A stretch of 64,000 nt of DNA from Chloroflexota bacterium (GTDB lineage Bacteria > Chloroflexota > UBA11872 > VXOZ01): assembly GCA_963663275.1 (NCBI GenBank), contig OY760183.1, positions 832,001 through 896,000 of the forward strand, written 5' to 3'. The position numbers and the translations under genes were made by a program. Positions 47,969-56,033 of this stretch are shown piece after piece. The notes below the pieces were generated by a model. The model was not told the DNA's origin. It ran no database searches and saw only the letters and a program-made list of their open reading frames with translations. Numbering within the stretch: the stretch's first letter is position 1; every line of letters begins with the position of its first letter.

Positions 47969-48712
47969 TTATCCTTGCGCGCTGCCGGCGGCGGATTGCG
48001 GCCCGGAATCCGGGGTCGAGTTTTGCGCGCCGGAATCGGCAACTTCCTGCTCGTCGGCGGTCTCATCAGTCTGCGGGGGCGGGCCGACCTTGACCAGGCT
48101 GGGGCGCAGCACCCGGTCGTGCATCACGTACCCCTTCTGGAGTTCCTCAAGCACCACCACCTCGCCGCCGTCGTCCTCGCCCTCGCGCAGCACGGCTTCA
48201 TGATAGTTGGGGTCGAACGGTTTTTCGTGAGTGTCAATCGGCTGCAAGCCCCGTTTCTCCAGCACGTTGCGCGCCATCTGGTGCACCAGGTCGACGCCTT
48301 GCAGCCACGAGAAGAAGCGGAGTTCTTGCGGGATGGTGTCCAACGCGCGCTCGAAGTTATCGAGAATGGGCAGAAACTCGGCCACCATCAGGGCGGTGGC
48401 GAACTTGGCCTGCTCTTCCTGCTCTTGCTGCGTGCGCCGCCGGTAGTTGGCAAAGTCGGCCCGGGCGCGGGCCAGAGCTTCACGCACCTGCTGGAGATCG
48501 TCTTCTTTCGCCGCCAGCGCCTCATTGGCGGCGGTCACTTCCGCCTGAAGTTCGTCTACCGCGCGCTCCGCGGCAACTGCGGCGTCCGCCGGGGCCTCGC
48601 CGTCCGCGGCGGCTTCAGTTTGGCCCCCGCCGGCTTCAGCCTGGCCCCCGCCGCCGGGCTCTTCTTCATTGGTTGCGTTCGATTCGGTTCCACTAGCCTT
48701 ATCCGGTGTCAT
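47969..48712 (-). CDS. grpE: Nucleotide exchange factor GrpE
   Basis: ADFANYRRR, LPILDNFERAL, FDPNYHEAV, QKGYVMHDRVLRPSLVKV. Confidence 0.95.
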   Translation of the reverse strand: MTPDKASGTESNATNEEEPGGGGQAEAGGGQTEAAADGEAPADAAVAAERAVDELQAEVTAANEALAAKEDDLQQVREALARARADFANYRRRTQQEQEEQAKFATALMVAEFLPILDNFERALDTIPQELRFFSWLQGVDLVHQMARNVLEKRGLQPIDTHEKPFDPNYHEAVLREGEDDGGEVVVLEELQKGYVMHDRVLRPSLVKVGPPPQTDETADEQEVADSGAQNSTPDSGPQSAAGSAQG

Positions 48713-48869
48713 CGATCCTAATCCTGCCAACGTGCAACGTGCCATGGGTACAAGTGGGCGAGTACGCGCCACCTTCCTAGTATACTCAATATGACACATT
48801 CGCGGAGAGGCCGCCATTGGAGCGGCGCAGTGCGCCAAGAACACACGCAGCTTGATCGGAGGAATTGCA

Positions 48870-49925
48870 ATGTCAGCATCGAGCACACCCGCGCGGTATG
48901 CGCCGTTGCCGCACTTGCGGGAGGTATATGCGGAGACCGTGCCCGCGCATGACTATAGCGCCATGGGGCAGGCCGGTTTTGGGCAGTGGCAAGCTGAACT
49001 ACGGGCGCAGGTGGCTACTCTGCTCGGCGGCTTCAGCGCACCGCGTGAAGACCTCGCGCCGCGAGTGCTTGAGACCGTGCGCAAAGACGGCTACGAGCAG
49101 CGGAAAGTGGAGATTACGAGCGAGCCCGGCGTGCGCCTGCCGGTGTACGTGCTGACGCCGCAAAGCGGGCCCGGCCCCTTTCCCATGGTGATTGCGCTGC
49201 ACGGCCACGGCTCAGGGGTGCAGGAGGTGATCGGCGAGCCACAAGACGAGCAGGTGGCGGCGCACATGCGGCGCTGCAACCACGACTACGGCCGCCAGCT
49301 TGCGCGGCAGGGCTTTCTGGTGTTCGCGCTGGAGCAGCGCGCCTTTGGCGAGCGCCGCGAGCCGGAGGACGTTGCCCAAGCGCCGGGGCAGTCCTCCTGC
49401 CGACAGGCCAGCATGAACGCGCTGCTGCTGGGCCGCACCATGGTCGGCATGAGGGTGTGGGACGTGATGCGCGTGATCGACTACGCCGCCCAGTACGCTG
49501 ATGAGACTGGTCTGGACAAGACCGCTACGCTGGGGTGCGTGGGCCTCTCCGGCGGCGGTACGGTGACGACGTTTGCCGCGGCCCTGGACCCGCGCATTAC
49601 CACGGCGGTGATCAGCGGCTACTTCTGCACGTGGCAGTGGTCGATCATGGCGATGCGCCACTGCGAGGACAACTACGTGCCAGGCATTCTGCGGCACGCG
49701 GAGATGGCCGATATTGGCGCGCTGATCGCGCCCCGGCCGCTGCTGATCGAGGCGGGTACGGAAGACCCGATCTTCCCGCTGCCGGGGGTGCGCGACGCCC
49801 ATGAGAAACTGGCGGCGGTCTACGACCTGCTGGATGCGCCGGAACGGCTGGCGCTGGATGTCTTCGCGGGCGAACACCAGTGGCACGGCACGCTGTCGGT
49901 GGATTGGCTGCGGCGTTGGTTGTAA
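48870..49925 (+). CDS. Alpha/beta hydrolase (dienelactone hydrolase/acetyl xylan esterase-like)
   Basis: ALHGHG, GLSGGG nucleophile elbow, HCEDNYVPG, LIAPRPLLIEAG..D.IFP, GEHQW. Confidence 0.85.
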   Translation: MSASSTPARYAPLPHLREVYAETVPAHDYSAMGQAGFGQWQAELRAQVATLLGGFSAPREDLAPRVLETVRKDGYEQRKVEITSEPGVRLPVYVLTPQSGPGPFPMVIALHGHGSGVQEVIGEPQDEQVAAHMRRCNHDYGRQLARQGFLVFALEQRAFGERREPEDVAQAPGQSSCRQASMNALLLGRTMVGMRVWDVMRVIDYAAQYADETGLDKTATLGCVGLSGGGTVTTFAAALDPRITTAVISGYFCTWQWSIMAMRHCEDNYVPGILRHAEMADIGALIAPRPLLIEAGTEDPIFPLPGVRDAHEKLAAVYDLLDAPERLALDVFAGEHQWHGTLSVDWLRRWL

Positions 49926-49958
49926 GGGCGCGGCGGAGATGCGCGCCAGGATAATCCG

Positions 49959-50165
49959 GTAGCGCAGGTTTGTAACCTGCGTCCGTCGCCGTTATGTTGG
50001 CGGGAGAGGCGGCGCAGAGGCGGGGGACAAGCCCCCGCGCTACGGTGATGGGGTAGCCCCCCGTAGGGGCACGACATGTCGTGCCCCTACGGGGTTGTCG
50101 TGCTCCTACGGGTTTTGTCGTGCCTCTGCGTGGGTTTGTTGTGCCCCTACGAGGTTTGTTGTGCT
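49959..50165. repeat. Cluster of three GTAG-type REP families plus a ~20-nt degenerate tandem array
   Basis: GTAGCGCAGGTTTGTAACCTGCG; GCGGGGGACAAGCCCCCGCGCTAC; GTAGGGGCACGACATGTCGTGCCCCTAC followed by GG.TTTGT(C/T)GTGCCCCTAC-like units. Confidence 0.82.
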
Positions 50166-50170
50166 TGCCG

Positions 50171-50998
50171 CTAGCGGTGTTCGGTCGCTTCCGGCGCGGC
50201 GAGTTCCTGCGAACGGCGGTAGGCGGCCATCACCGCCTCTTGCAGCGCCGCGCGCGCGCCGCCTTGTTCCAGCGCCTGCAAGCCTTCCGCCGTGGTGCCG
50301 CCCGGCGAGGTGACCAGATTGCGGAGTTCCGCCAGGTGCGTACCCTCTTTCTCGGCCATGAGCGCGGACCCTTTGACCGTTTGCAGGATGAGGGCGCTTG
50401 CCGTCTCGCGGGGCAGGCCGACGCGCACGGCGCCGTCGATGAGCGCCTCCAGCGCCAGGAACACGAACGCGGGACCGCTGCCGTTCACCGCGGTCGCCAT
50501 GTCCAGGTAGCGCTCGTCCGGCACGTAGAGTTCGATGCCTGCCGCCTGGAAAAGCGTTTCCGCCTGGACGCGTTGCGCCGCCGTAATCACGTCGGAGGCT
50601 GTCCACACGGTCGCGGCTTCGCCGATGGTGGCCAGGATGCTCGGCATGGCGCGCACCAGGCGCACGTGGTCCAGGAGAGAGCTAATGGTGCCCAGCGGCA
50701 CGCCGGCCATGAGCGAAATCACAAGCGCGTCCTCGGACAACGCGGCGTACAGGGGCGGCAGCGCGGCTTGCGCGTACTGCGGTTTGACGGCCAGGATGAT
50801 CACGTCGGCGTCGGCGACCACCGCGGCATTGTCCCCGTCCACGCTCACGCCGTGGGTGCTTGCCAGATGTTCCCGGCGGCTCGCCACCGGCTCACCGACC
50901 GCGATCGCGTCGGGGCGGCACGCGCCCTGGGCGATGGCGGCGGCCATGAACGCCTCGCCCATCGCGCCGCCGCCGACGAATGCCAGCTTTCCAATCAT
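50171..50998 (-). CDS. proC: Pyrroline-5-carboxylate reductase
   Basis: GGGAMG, ILAVKPQ, TAVNGSGPAF, VTSPGGTT. Confidence 0.95.
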   Translation of the reverse strand: MIGKLAFVGGGAMGEAFMAAAIAQGACRPDAIAVGEPVASRREHLASTHGVSVDGDNAAVVADADVIILAVKPQYAQAALPPLYAALSEDALVISLMAGVPLGTISSLLDHVRLVRAMPSILATIGEAATVWTASDVITAAQRVQAETLFQAAGIELYVPDERYLDMATAVNGSGPAFVFLALEALIDGAVRVGLPRETASALILQTVKGSALMAEKEGTHLAELRNLVTSPGGTTAEGLQALEQGGARAALQEAVMAAYRRSQELAAPEATEHR

Positions 50999-53187
50999 AG
51001 CTCTTCCCTTTCAGAGTGTTCTATCTGCCACGCCGTTCCGTCCCACCGCAGGGTCACGTAGCCGCGCTGCGGCGGTCGGATTACGTGTATTCCCCGCGCC
51101 CGCCACTGGGCGTCGCGTTCGTCCGGCCACGGCTCGTCCAACACCAGCAGGCGCGGCCCGAGCGCGGCAATGACGTAGGCCAGCCGCGCCGGCGTAATCG
51201 CGCCCTGCACGATGAGCGCTGCGACCGGCGGCAGGCCGTGCACGTTTGCGCCTGCCTGTATGATAGCAAGTTGCTGGCCGCCAAGCGTGGCCAGCATGAA
51301 CGCCGGCCCACCGGCGGCGTTCATGCTCAGCGTGTCGGCAGCGCCGAGGGCCAGCCGGTAGCGGTCGCCGGCCGGCAGGCGTTCGTACGCCTCATTCGTT
51401 TGCAGTGCCCAGTGCTCTCCCGCGTGTTGGAGCGTGCTTCCAATGTTGCCGCGCGGCGGCAGCGCGCCGCTGCCTCCGATCCAGAGCGCGTGGTTGCGCT
51501 GCCAGATGGGCAGCAGGCGGTCCAGGTCGTAGCGGCTGGGCGGCTCGCGAAAGCCGATGAGCAGCGGACGGCGGCGCGGCGTCTCCAGCAGCACCGCGCT
51601 GCCCAGGGAACGCTCCAGCAGCGTGACGCTGGGCTGCCGGTTGAGTTCCGACGCCATGCCGCCCCAGAGCACCAGCAGAATGCTGCCGACCGTGCCCAGG
51701 CTGAAGACCGTCGTCCACGAGAGCGGCGCGTTCTCAAAGTGGAGCCACCCGCCGGTCGCGCGGGGCCGGCGGCGCATCCACAGCACGATGAGCAGCGTGA
51801 GCAGCGCCGCATGGATCGCCGGCAGGAGCGCGCCCGCGGAAATGGTGAGCGACGGCCAGCGGCTCACCTCCGTGGCAATGCGGATGAACGCCTCCAGCGG
51901 CAGGTAGGCGCTCCAGGCCAGCACCTGGCCGGCGCCGGTGTGGACCAGGCCCGCGGCCGTCGCCACCGCGCCGCTTAGCATGATCCAGGGTATGAGCGGC
52001 AGGGCCAGCACGTTGCTGATGAGAAAGAACGGCGACACCCGCCCGAAGGTGTAGAGCAATAGTGGCAGGACGAAAAGCTGCGCGGCCAGGGTGGGCGCGA
52101 CGATTGCGGACAAGGGATACGGCAGCCAGCGCAGCCGGTCGTGCAGAGGATCCACCAGCACCATCAGGCCGGCCGTAGCCGCCACGGAAAGCTGGAAGCC
52201 CACGTCCCACAGAATCTTGGGTTCCCAGGCGGTCATGGCCACCGCGGCCAGGGAGAGGGCCGACCAAGGGTCGCGGTCGCGTCCCAGCGTAGCGGCCAGC
52301 AGCAGGAGGATCGCCATCACCGCGGCGCGCACCACCGCCGGATTTGCGCCGACCAGGATGGTGTAGAGCGCCACGCCGCCCATGCTCAGCCAGAGCGCGC
52401 GCCGGCCAAAGAGCGGGCGCGTCACGCTCTGCAGCATGATGGCCACGATAGTCATGTTGAAGCCGGAGATGGCGATGAGGTGGGTGGTGCCGGAGAGGTC
52501 GAACGCCTGGCGCAGCGTGGCGGGGATGCCCGCCCGCGCGCCCAGCAGAATGCCCTGGAGCAACGGGGCGTGGGGACGCGGCAGGATGTCGTCCATCACG
52601 CCCAGCAGCCGTTCTTTCACGCCGTAGAGCGCGCGCAAGTACGGTTGGCCGCGTTCCCCCGGCAGCGTCTCCACTCGTGGAAAGGCCAGCAGCGCCTGGA
52701 CGCCCAACCGTTCCAGGTACCGCTGGTAGCCCGGGCTGTTCACGCTGGACACCGCCTCCAGGCGGCCGCTCACCTCCCAGGCCACGCCGTACCGGGCGGG
52801 AAATCCGGGCGGCAGCGTCAACCGCGCCTGGCCGGAGACCGGTTGCCAGGCGTCGCCGTTCCACACGGCTTCGGCGCGAAACGTCACCCGTGTGCTGCGC
52901 TCGGAGCGAACCGGCTCGGAGGCGGTCCAGCCGCGCAGGGTGACCGCTTGCGCCAGGTAGGGTTCCAGGGGATTGGCGGCGGCGTCGCTCGCGGTAACGT
53001 GGTAGCGCATCATGCCCAGCGCGGCGGCAACCAGCAGCAGCGCGCCCAGCGCGACCGGGCGCGTGCCCGCGGCCGCCAGGCCCAGGCCGCTCAGCAGCAA
53101 GAGCGCGGCTACCGCCCACGGCAGCGGCGGCAACCACGTCCCCAGCACGATGCCGGCCAGAAACGCCGGCCCGAGAATGCGCGTCAC
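50995..53187 (-). CDS. comEC: ComEC/Rec2 competence protein
   Basis: GTTHLIAISGFN, PAVVRAAVM, WDVGFQLSVAAT; C-terminal region lacks a recognisable metallo-beta-lactamase motif. Confidence 0.88.
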   Translation of the reverse strand: MTRILGPAFLAGIVLGTWLPPLPWAVAALLLLSGLGLAAAGTRPVALGALLLVAAALGMMRYHVTASDAAANPLEPYLAQAVTLRGWTASEPVRSERSTRVTFRAEAVWNGDAWQPVSGQARLTLPPGFPARYGVAWEVSGRLEAVSSVNSPGYQRYLERLGVQALLAFPRVETLPGERGQPYLRALYGVKERLLGVMDDILPRPHAPLLQGILLGARAGIPATLRQAFDLSGTTHLIAISGFNMTIVAIMLQSVTRPLFGRRALWLSMGGVALYTILVGANPAVVRAAVMAILLLLAATLGRDRDPWSALSLAAVAMTAWEPKILWDVGFQLSVAATAGLMVLVDPLHDRLRWLPYPLSAIVAPTLAAQLFVLPLLLYTFGRVSPFFLISNVLALPLIPWIMLSGAVATAAGLVHTGAGQVLAWSAYLPLEAFIRIATEVSRWPSLTISAGALLPAIHAALLTLLIVLWMRRRPRATGGWLHFENAPLSWTTVFSLGTVGSILLVLWGGMASELNRQPSVTLLERSLGSAVLLETPRRRPLLIGFREPPSRYDLDRLLPIWQRNHALWIGGSGALPPRGNIGSTLQHAGEHWALQTNEAYERLPAGDRYRLALGAADTLSMNAAGGPAFMLATLGGQQLAIIQAGANVHGLPPVAALIVQGAITPARLAYVIAALGPRLLVLDEPWPDERDAQWRARGIHVIRPPQRGYVTLRWDGTAWQIEHSEREEL

Positions 53188-53246
53188 TACACGTGGATAG
53201 AAAGCTACTCACCGGCGCGGGAGACGCCGGCGGCGGAAAGGCTCTT

Positions 53247-53464
53247 AGAGTCTGTTTACGATCGTTTTGTCTGCACGAGGAACGTTCGCCCTGAGCCGCG
53301 TCGAAGGGTGAACGGAATCACCGCAAGGTTGCATATAGCCGTTCATGCTTCGACAGGCCTGTACTGAGCTTACCGAAGTGCTCAGCACTAACGGTCTCTA
53401 TCGGCTTTGCTAACTCCCTCATAAGCAGATAGTAAACAGGATGAGCGGATAGTAAACAGGCTCT
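53247..53464. mobile_element. MITE with AGAG(T/C)CTGTTTAC.ATC TIRs carrying CTTCGAC/CTGAG palindromes
   Basis: AGAGTCTGTTTACGATC ... GATAGTAAACAGGCTCT; the right end is tandemly duplicated with a 20-nt period (53424-53463). Confidence 0.7.
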
Positions 53465-53482
53465 CAGCCCGCTTGAAGCCGC

Positions 53483-53776
53483 CTAGAGCAAGCGGCGGCG
53501 GGTTTGCAGGCGAATGCGTTGGGGCGCGGCCGCGGGGTCGTCGGCCGGGCGCAACTCCAGGAAGATGCCGCCGGACTGCCCGATCACCGTGCCGACGAAC
53601 TGCGGCGCCGCGTCGTCCTGGCCGGTCAGTTCCCAGATAACCACGGCGTCGCCGGGCTCCATCGGCGCCGACTTCCGGCCGCCGGGCGGAATGCGGTGCG
53701 CTACCGTATCGCCGTTCACCGTGATACGCTGGGGGGTAGTCCCCGTGTTCGTATAGTCCAGGCGATATACCGCCAC
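53483..53776 (-). CDS. Small hypothetical beta-rich protein
   Basis: GTG start with GGAG RBS, GC-rich codon usage and plausible composition. Confidence 0.5.
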   Translation of the reverse strand: MAVYRLDYTNTGTTPQRITVNGDTVAHRIPPGGRKSAPMEPGDAVVIWELTGQDDAAPQFVGTVIGQSGGIFLELRPADDPAAAPQRIRLQTRRRLL

Positions 53777-53924
53777 CGGTTCCGCCGCTCCACTTCGTTC
53801 GTTGCGGGCGCGTACGCGCTACGGCCTGAGCCGCGGCGCAAACGTCCCTCCTGGCGTTCTCCGCTCTCCATCATACCAATTCCCGCGTCATCAACCCAGC
53901 CGTAGGCTCACGACGGCCAACTTC

Positions 53925-54098
53925 GCCGCTCGCCCTGAGCATAGTCGCCGCGCCACGCGGGCTACGCCGTTTGCCCAGAGCAGAGCCGCTGCGCGCGCCG
54001 TTCGCCCTGAGCATAGTCGAAGGGTGAACGGCGGGCAAGAGAGCCCTTGTTCGCCCTCGCTCTCTCCGTTCATGCTTCGACAGGCTCAGCACGAACGG
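53925..54098. repeat. GTTCGCCCTGAGC..GTCGAAGGG / CTTCGACAGGCTCAGCACGAACGG palindrome family
   Basis: Same family at 9340-9465, 53283-53392 and 62547-62650. Confidence 0.75.
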
Positions 54099-54368
54099 AA
54101 AGAGCGAGGCACGAATGGAGAGAGCGGGGCACGAATGGAGAGAGCGGGGCACGAACGGAAAGAGCGGGGCACGAACGGAGAGAGCAGGGCACGAACGGAA
54201 AGAGCAAGGCACGAACGGAAAGAGCAAGGCACGAACAGGGAGAGCGGGGCACGAATGGAGAGAACGAGGCACGAACGGAGAGAGCGGTGCACGAACGGAG
54301 AGAGTGGGGCACGAACGGAAAGAGCGGGGCCCGAACAGGGAGAGCAGGGCACGAATGGAGAGAGCGGG
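54089..54368. repeat. Tandem array, 20-nt unit, 14 copies
   Basis: GCACGAA(C/T)GGA(A/G)AGAGC(G/A)(G/A)G head-to-tail, starting at the terminal GCACGAACGG of the adjacent palindrome. Confidence 0.97.
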
Positions 54369-54491
54369 GCAAGAGAAGGCGACCGCGTCCACTCACGCGC
54401 GTGATAAGAACGCCGTAGTAGTCATGACCTTCCCGTCACGAGTATAATGTTCGTGTGGAAACGCGCGCCGCCGCGCACGAGAGCATTTGCC

Positions 54492-55220
54492 ATGCAGACC
54501 CTCGTTACACCGCGCCAATACGATTCCGCGCTATCTACGGATCAGACTCCCGCCGTGCAAGCCTTTGCCGCCGCGCTCGGAGAGGGAGAGCACTGGTATG
54601 GCGCGCTCCTGGGCGCGGTGCATCTCTGGAGCCGGGATGAAGAGTGCTACGGCGGGCGCTACTTTCGCTACCTGATAGCCGGTGAGGCGCTCGACCTGCT
54701 GCTGGTCATGGAGCGCATTAGCTGGGATTGGCGGCATCTTCTGCCGGGGGAGGAGTACAACGCGCTCTTCTTCTATGCCCGGCCGCCACACACCTACGCG
54801 GACGAGGCGTTTGCCCACCTGCTGGGCGAAGAGAAATACCGCGCGTACCTCAACTACTTCTACGGCGTAACCCTGGAAGAGGTGCTGCTGCACGCGGTGG
54901 AAGACGAAATCCTGAAAGCCACGAACTTTGGCGTTACGCGGGATTCGCGGGACCCGGAAAGCCCCTACACGCGCTTGTACGGCAGGAACGAGCACGAACT
55001 CTTGCGGGAGTACAGCGCGGAGCGGGAGCGCGACCGCAGCGGCGTCATGACGTTCACCGAGTGGAAAGAGTTCCTCTACTGGCTCTTCAAGCAGCGGGTT
55101 GCCAACTCGCTGCCGGAGCGCCTGGCCAGCGACACGCAGAAGGGCCTGGATACCCTGCGCCTGCTGCGCGGCACGTATCCGGCCGGGCCGTTCGACACGC
55201 TGCGGGGGTACAGTGAATAA
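54492..55220 (+). CDS. Conserved hypothetical protein (resembles a Chloroflexota-associated family)
   Basis: HWYGALL..W...EE..GR.FRYLIAGEA.D.LL..ER, KYRAYLNYFYGVTLEE and KEFLYWLFK.R patterns; preceded by TATAAT. Confidence 0.7.
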   Translation: MQTLVTPRQYDSALSTDQTPAVQAFAAALGEGEHWYGALLGAVHLWSRDEECYGGRYFRYLIAGEALDLLLVMERISWDWRHLLPGEEYNALFFYARPPHTYADEAFAHLLGEEKYRAYLNYFYGVTLEEVLLHAVEDEILKATNFGVTRDSRDPESPYTRLYGRNEHELLREYSAERERDRSGVMTFTEWKEFLYWLFKQRVANSLPERLASDTQKGLDTLRLLRGTYPAGPFDTLRGYSE

Positions 55221-55474
55221 TGCGCCAACTCATCTGGCTCCTGACCGCGCTGAGCCTGGCGCTGGTGCTCTGGGTGGAGTTCCGCACGCGCCTCTCGCGC
55301 AGCCTGAAGATCGCGGCGTGGTTCTACGTGGCCGCGCTCGGGGCGCGGCTCGTCTTCGGCTGGTCGTGGGACAACGCGCTGGCGTTGGGTCTCGTTATCG
55401 GGATAGGCGGTTTGATCTGGGTGGCGGTCTGGTACATCACCGAGCGCATCGCCCGCGGCCAGGCGCAGAAGTAG
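55220..55474 (+). CDS. Small membrane protein
   Basis: Three hydrophobic helices; TAATG overlap with the upstream stop. Confidence 0.65.
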   Translation: MRQLIWLLTALSLALVLWVEFRTRLSRSLKIAAWFYVAALGARLVFGWSWDNALALGLVIGIGGLIWVAVWYITERIARGQAQK

Positions 55475-55544
55475 CGTCCCCGCAATTGACGCAACCGCCC
55501 GCTTGACGAATAATAGAGAGAAGAAAGGGTAGGGTGTTTTCACG

Positions 55545-55946
55545 ATGCCGGAAAGAATGTCCAAACGCGACGAACAAGAGGTGCGGCGGCTGCTGGACGG
55601 CATCGAGGTCTACGTGCCGGAAGAGAAGCAGCGGCCCCGCCGCGCGGCATTTTCCCTGCGGCGCGCTTTCTACGCCGTCTTCGATCGCTTCGGTTCCAGC
55701 GGCACGCTGCTCTTGCTGGGCCTTGCCGCGCTTGTGCTGGCCAACGTGCTGCGTCTTACGTTTCCGCTGGCGGCCCCAATGCTGGGCGTCGCCGCCGCTA
55801 TCTGTCTTGGCGGGGCGTTCTTCATGGCTTTTCGCGGCAACCGGCGGCAGCCCGCCAAGATGTGGCGGGGCCGGGACATGGCCGACGGCGCGCCGGGCCT
55901 GCTGGAGCGCCTCCGCCGCGGATGGCGGACGCGCCGCCCTTTCTAG
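55545..55946 (+). CDS. Hypothetical membrane protein
   Basis: Two TM helices, basic C-terminus with MWRGR motif. Confidence 0.6.
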   Translation: MPERMSKRDEQEVRRLLDGIEVYVPEEKQRPRRAAFSLRRAFYAVFDRFGSSGTLLLLGLAALVLANVLRLTFPLAAPMLGVAAAICLGGAFFMAFRGNRRQPAKMWRGRDMADGAPGLLERLRRGWRTRRPF

Positions 55947-56033
55947 CGCGCCTGTAAACCGGGCGCCCGTCCAACCGACCGACGAACGGTCTTGCTTCGA
56001 TTGAGTGTCGTCTCGCAGTCGCGAAGGAGAACA

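Noticed and set aside
48713-48869. CIRCE/HAIR operator upstream of grpE
   Set aside because: No TTAGCACTC-N9-GAGTGCTAA or CTTGAGT-N7-ACTCAAG match.
54089-54368. CRISPR array (also considered for 15548-15699 and 62382-62533)
   Set aside because: Units are head-to-tail with no unique spacers, and there are no cas genes in the window.
53802-54447. Several overlapping ORFs with ERAGH/TNGES repeats
   Set aside because: These are translations of the stop-free 20-nt tandem array, open in many frames.
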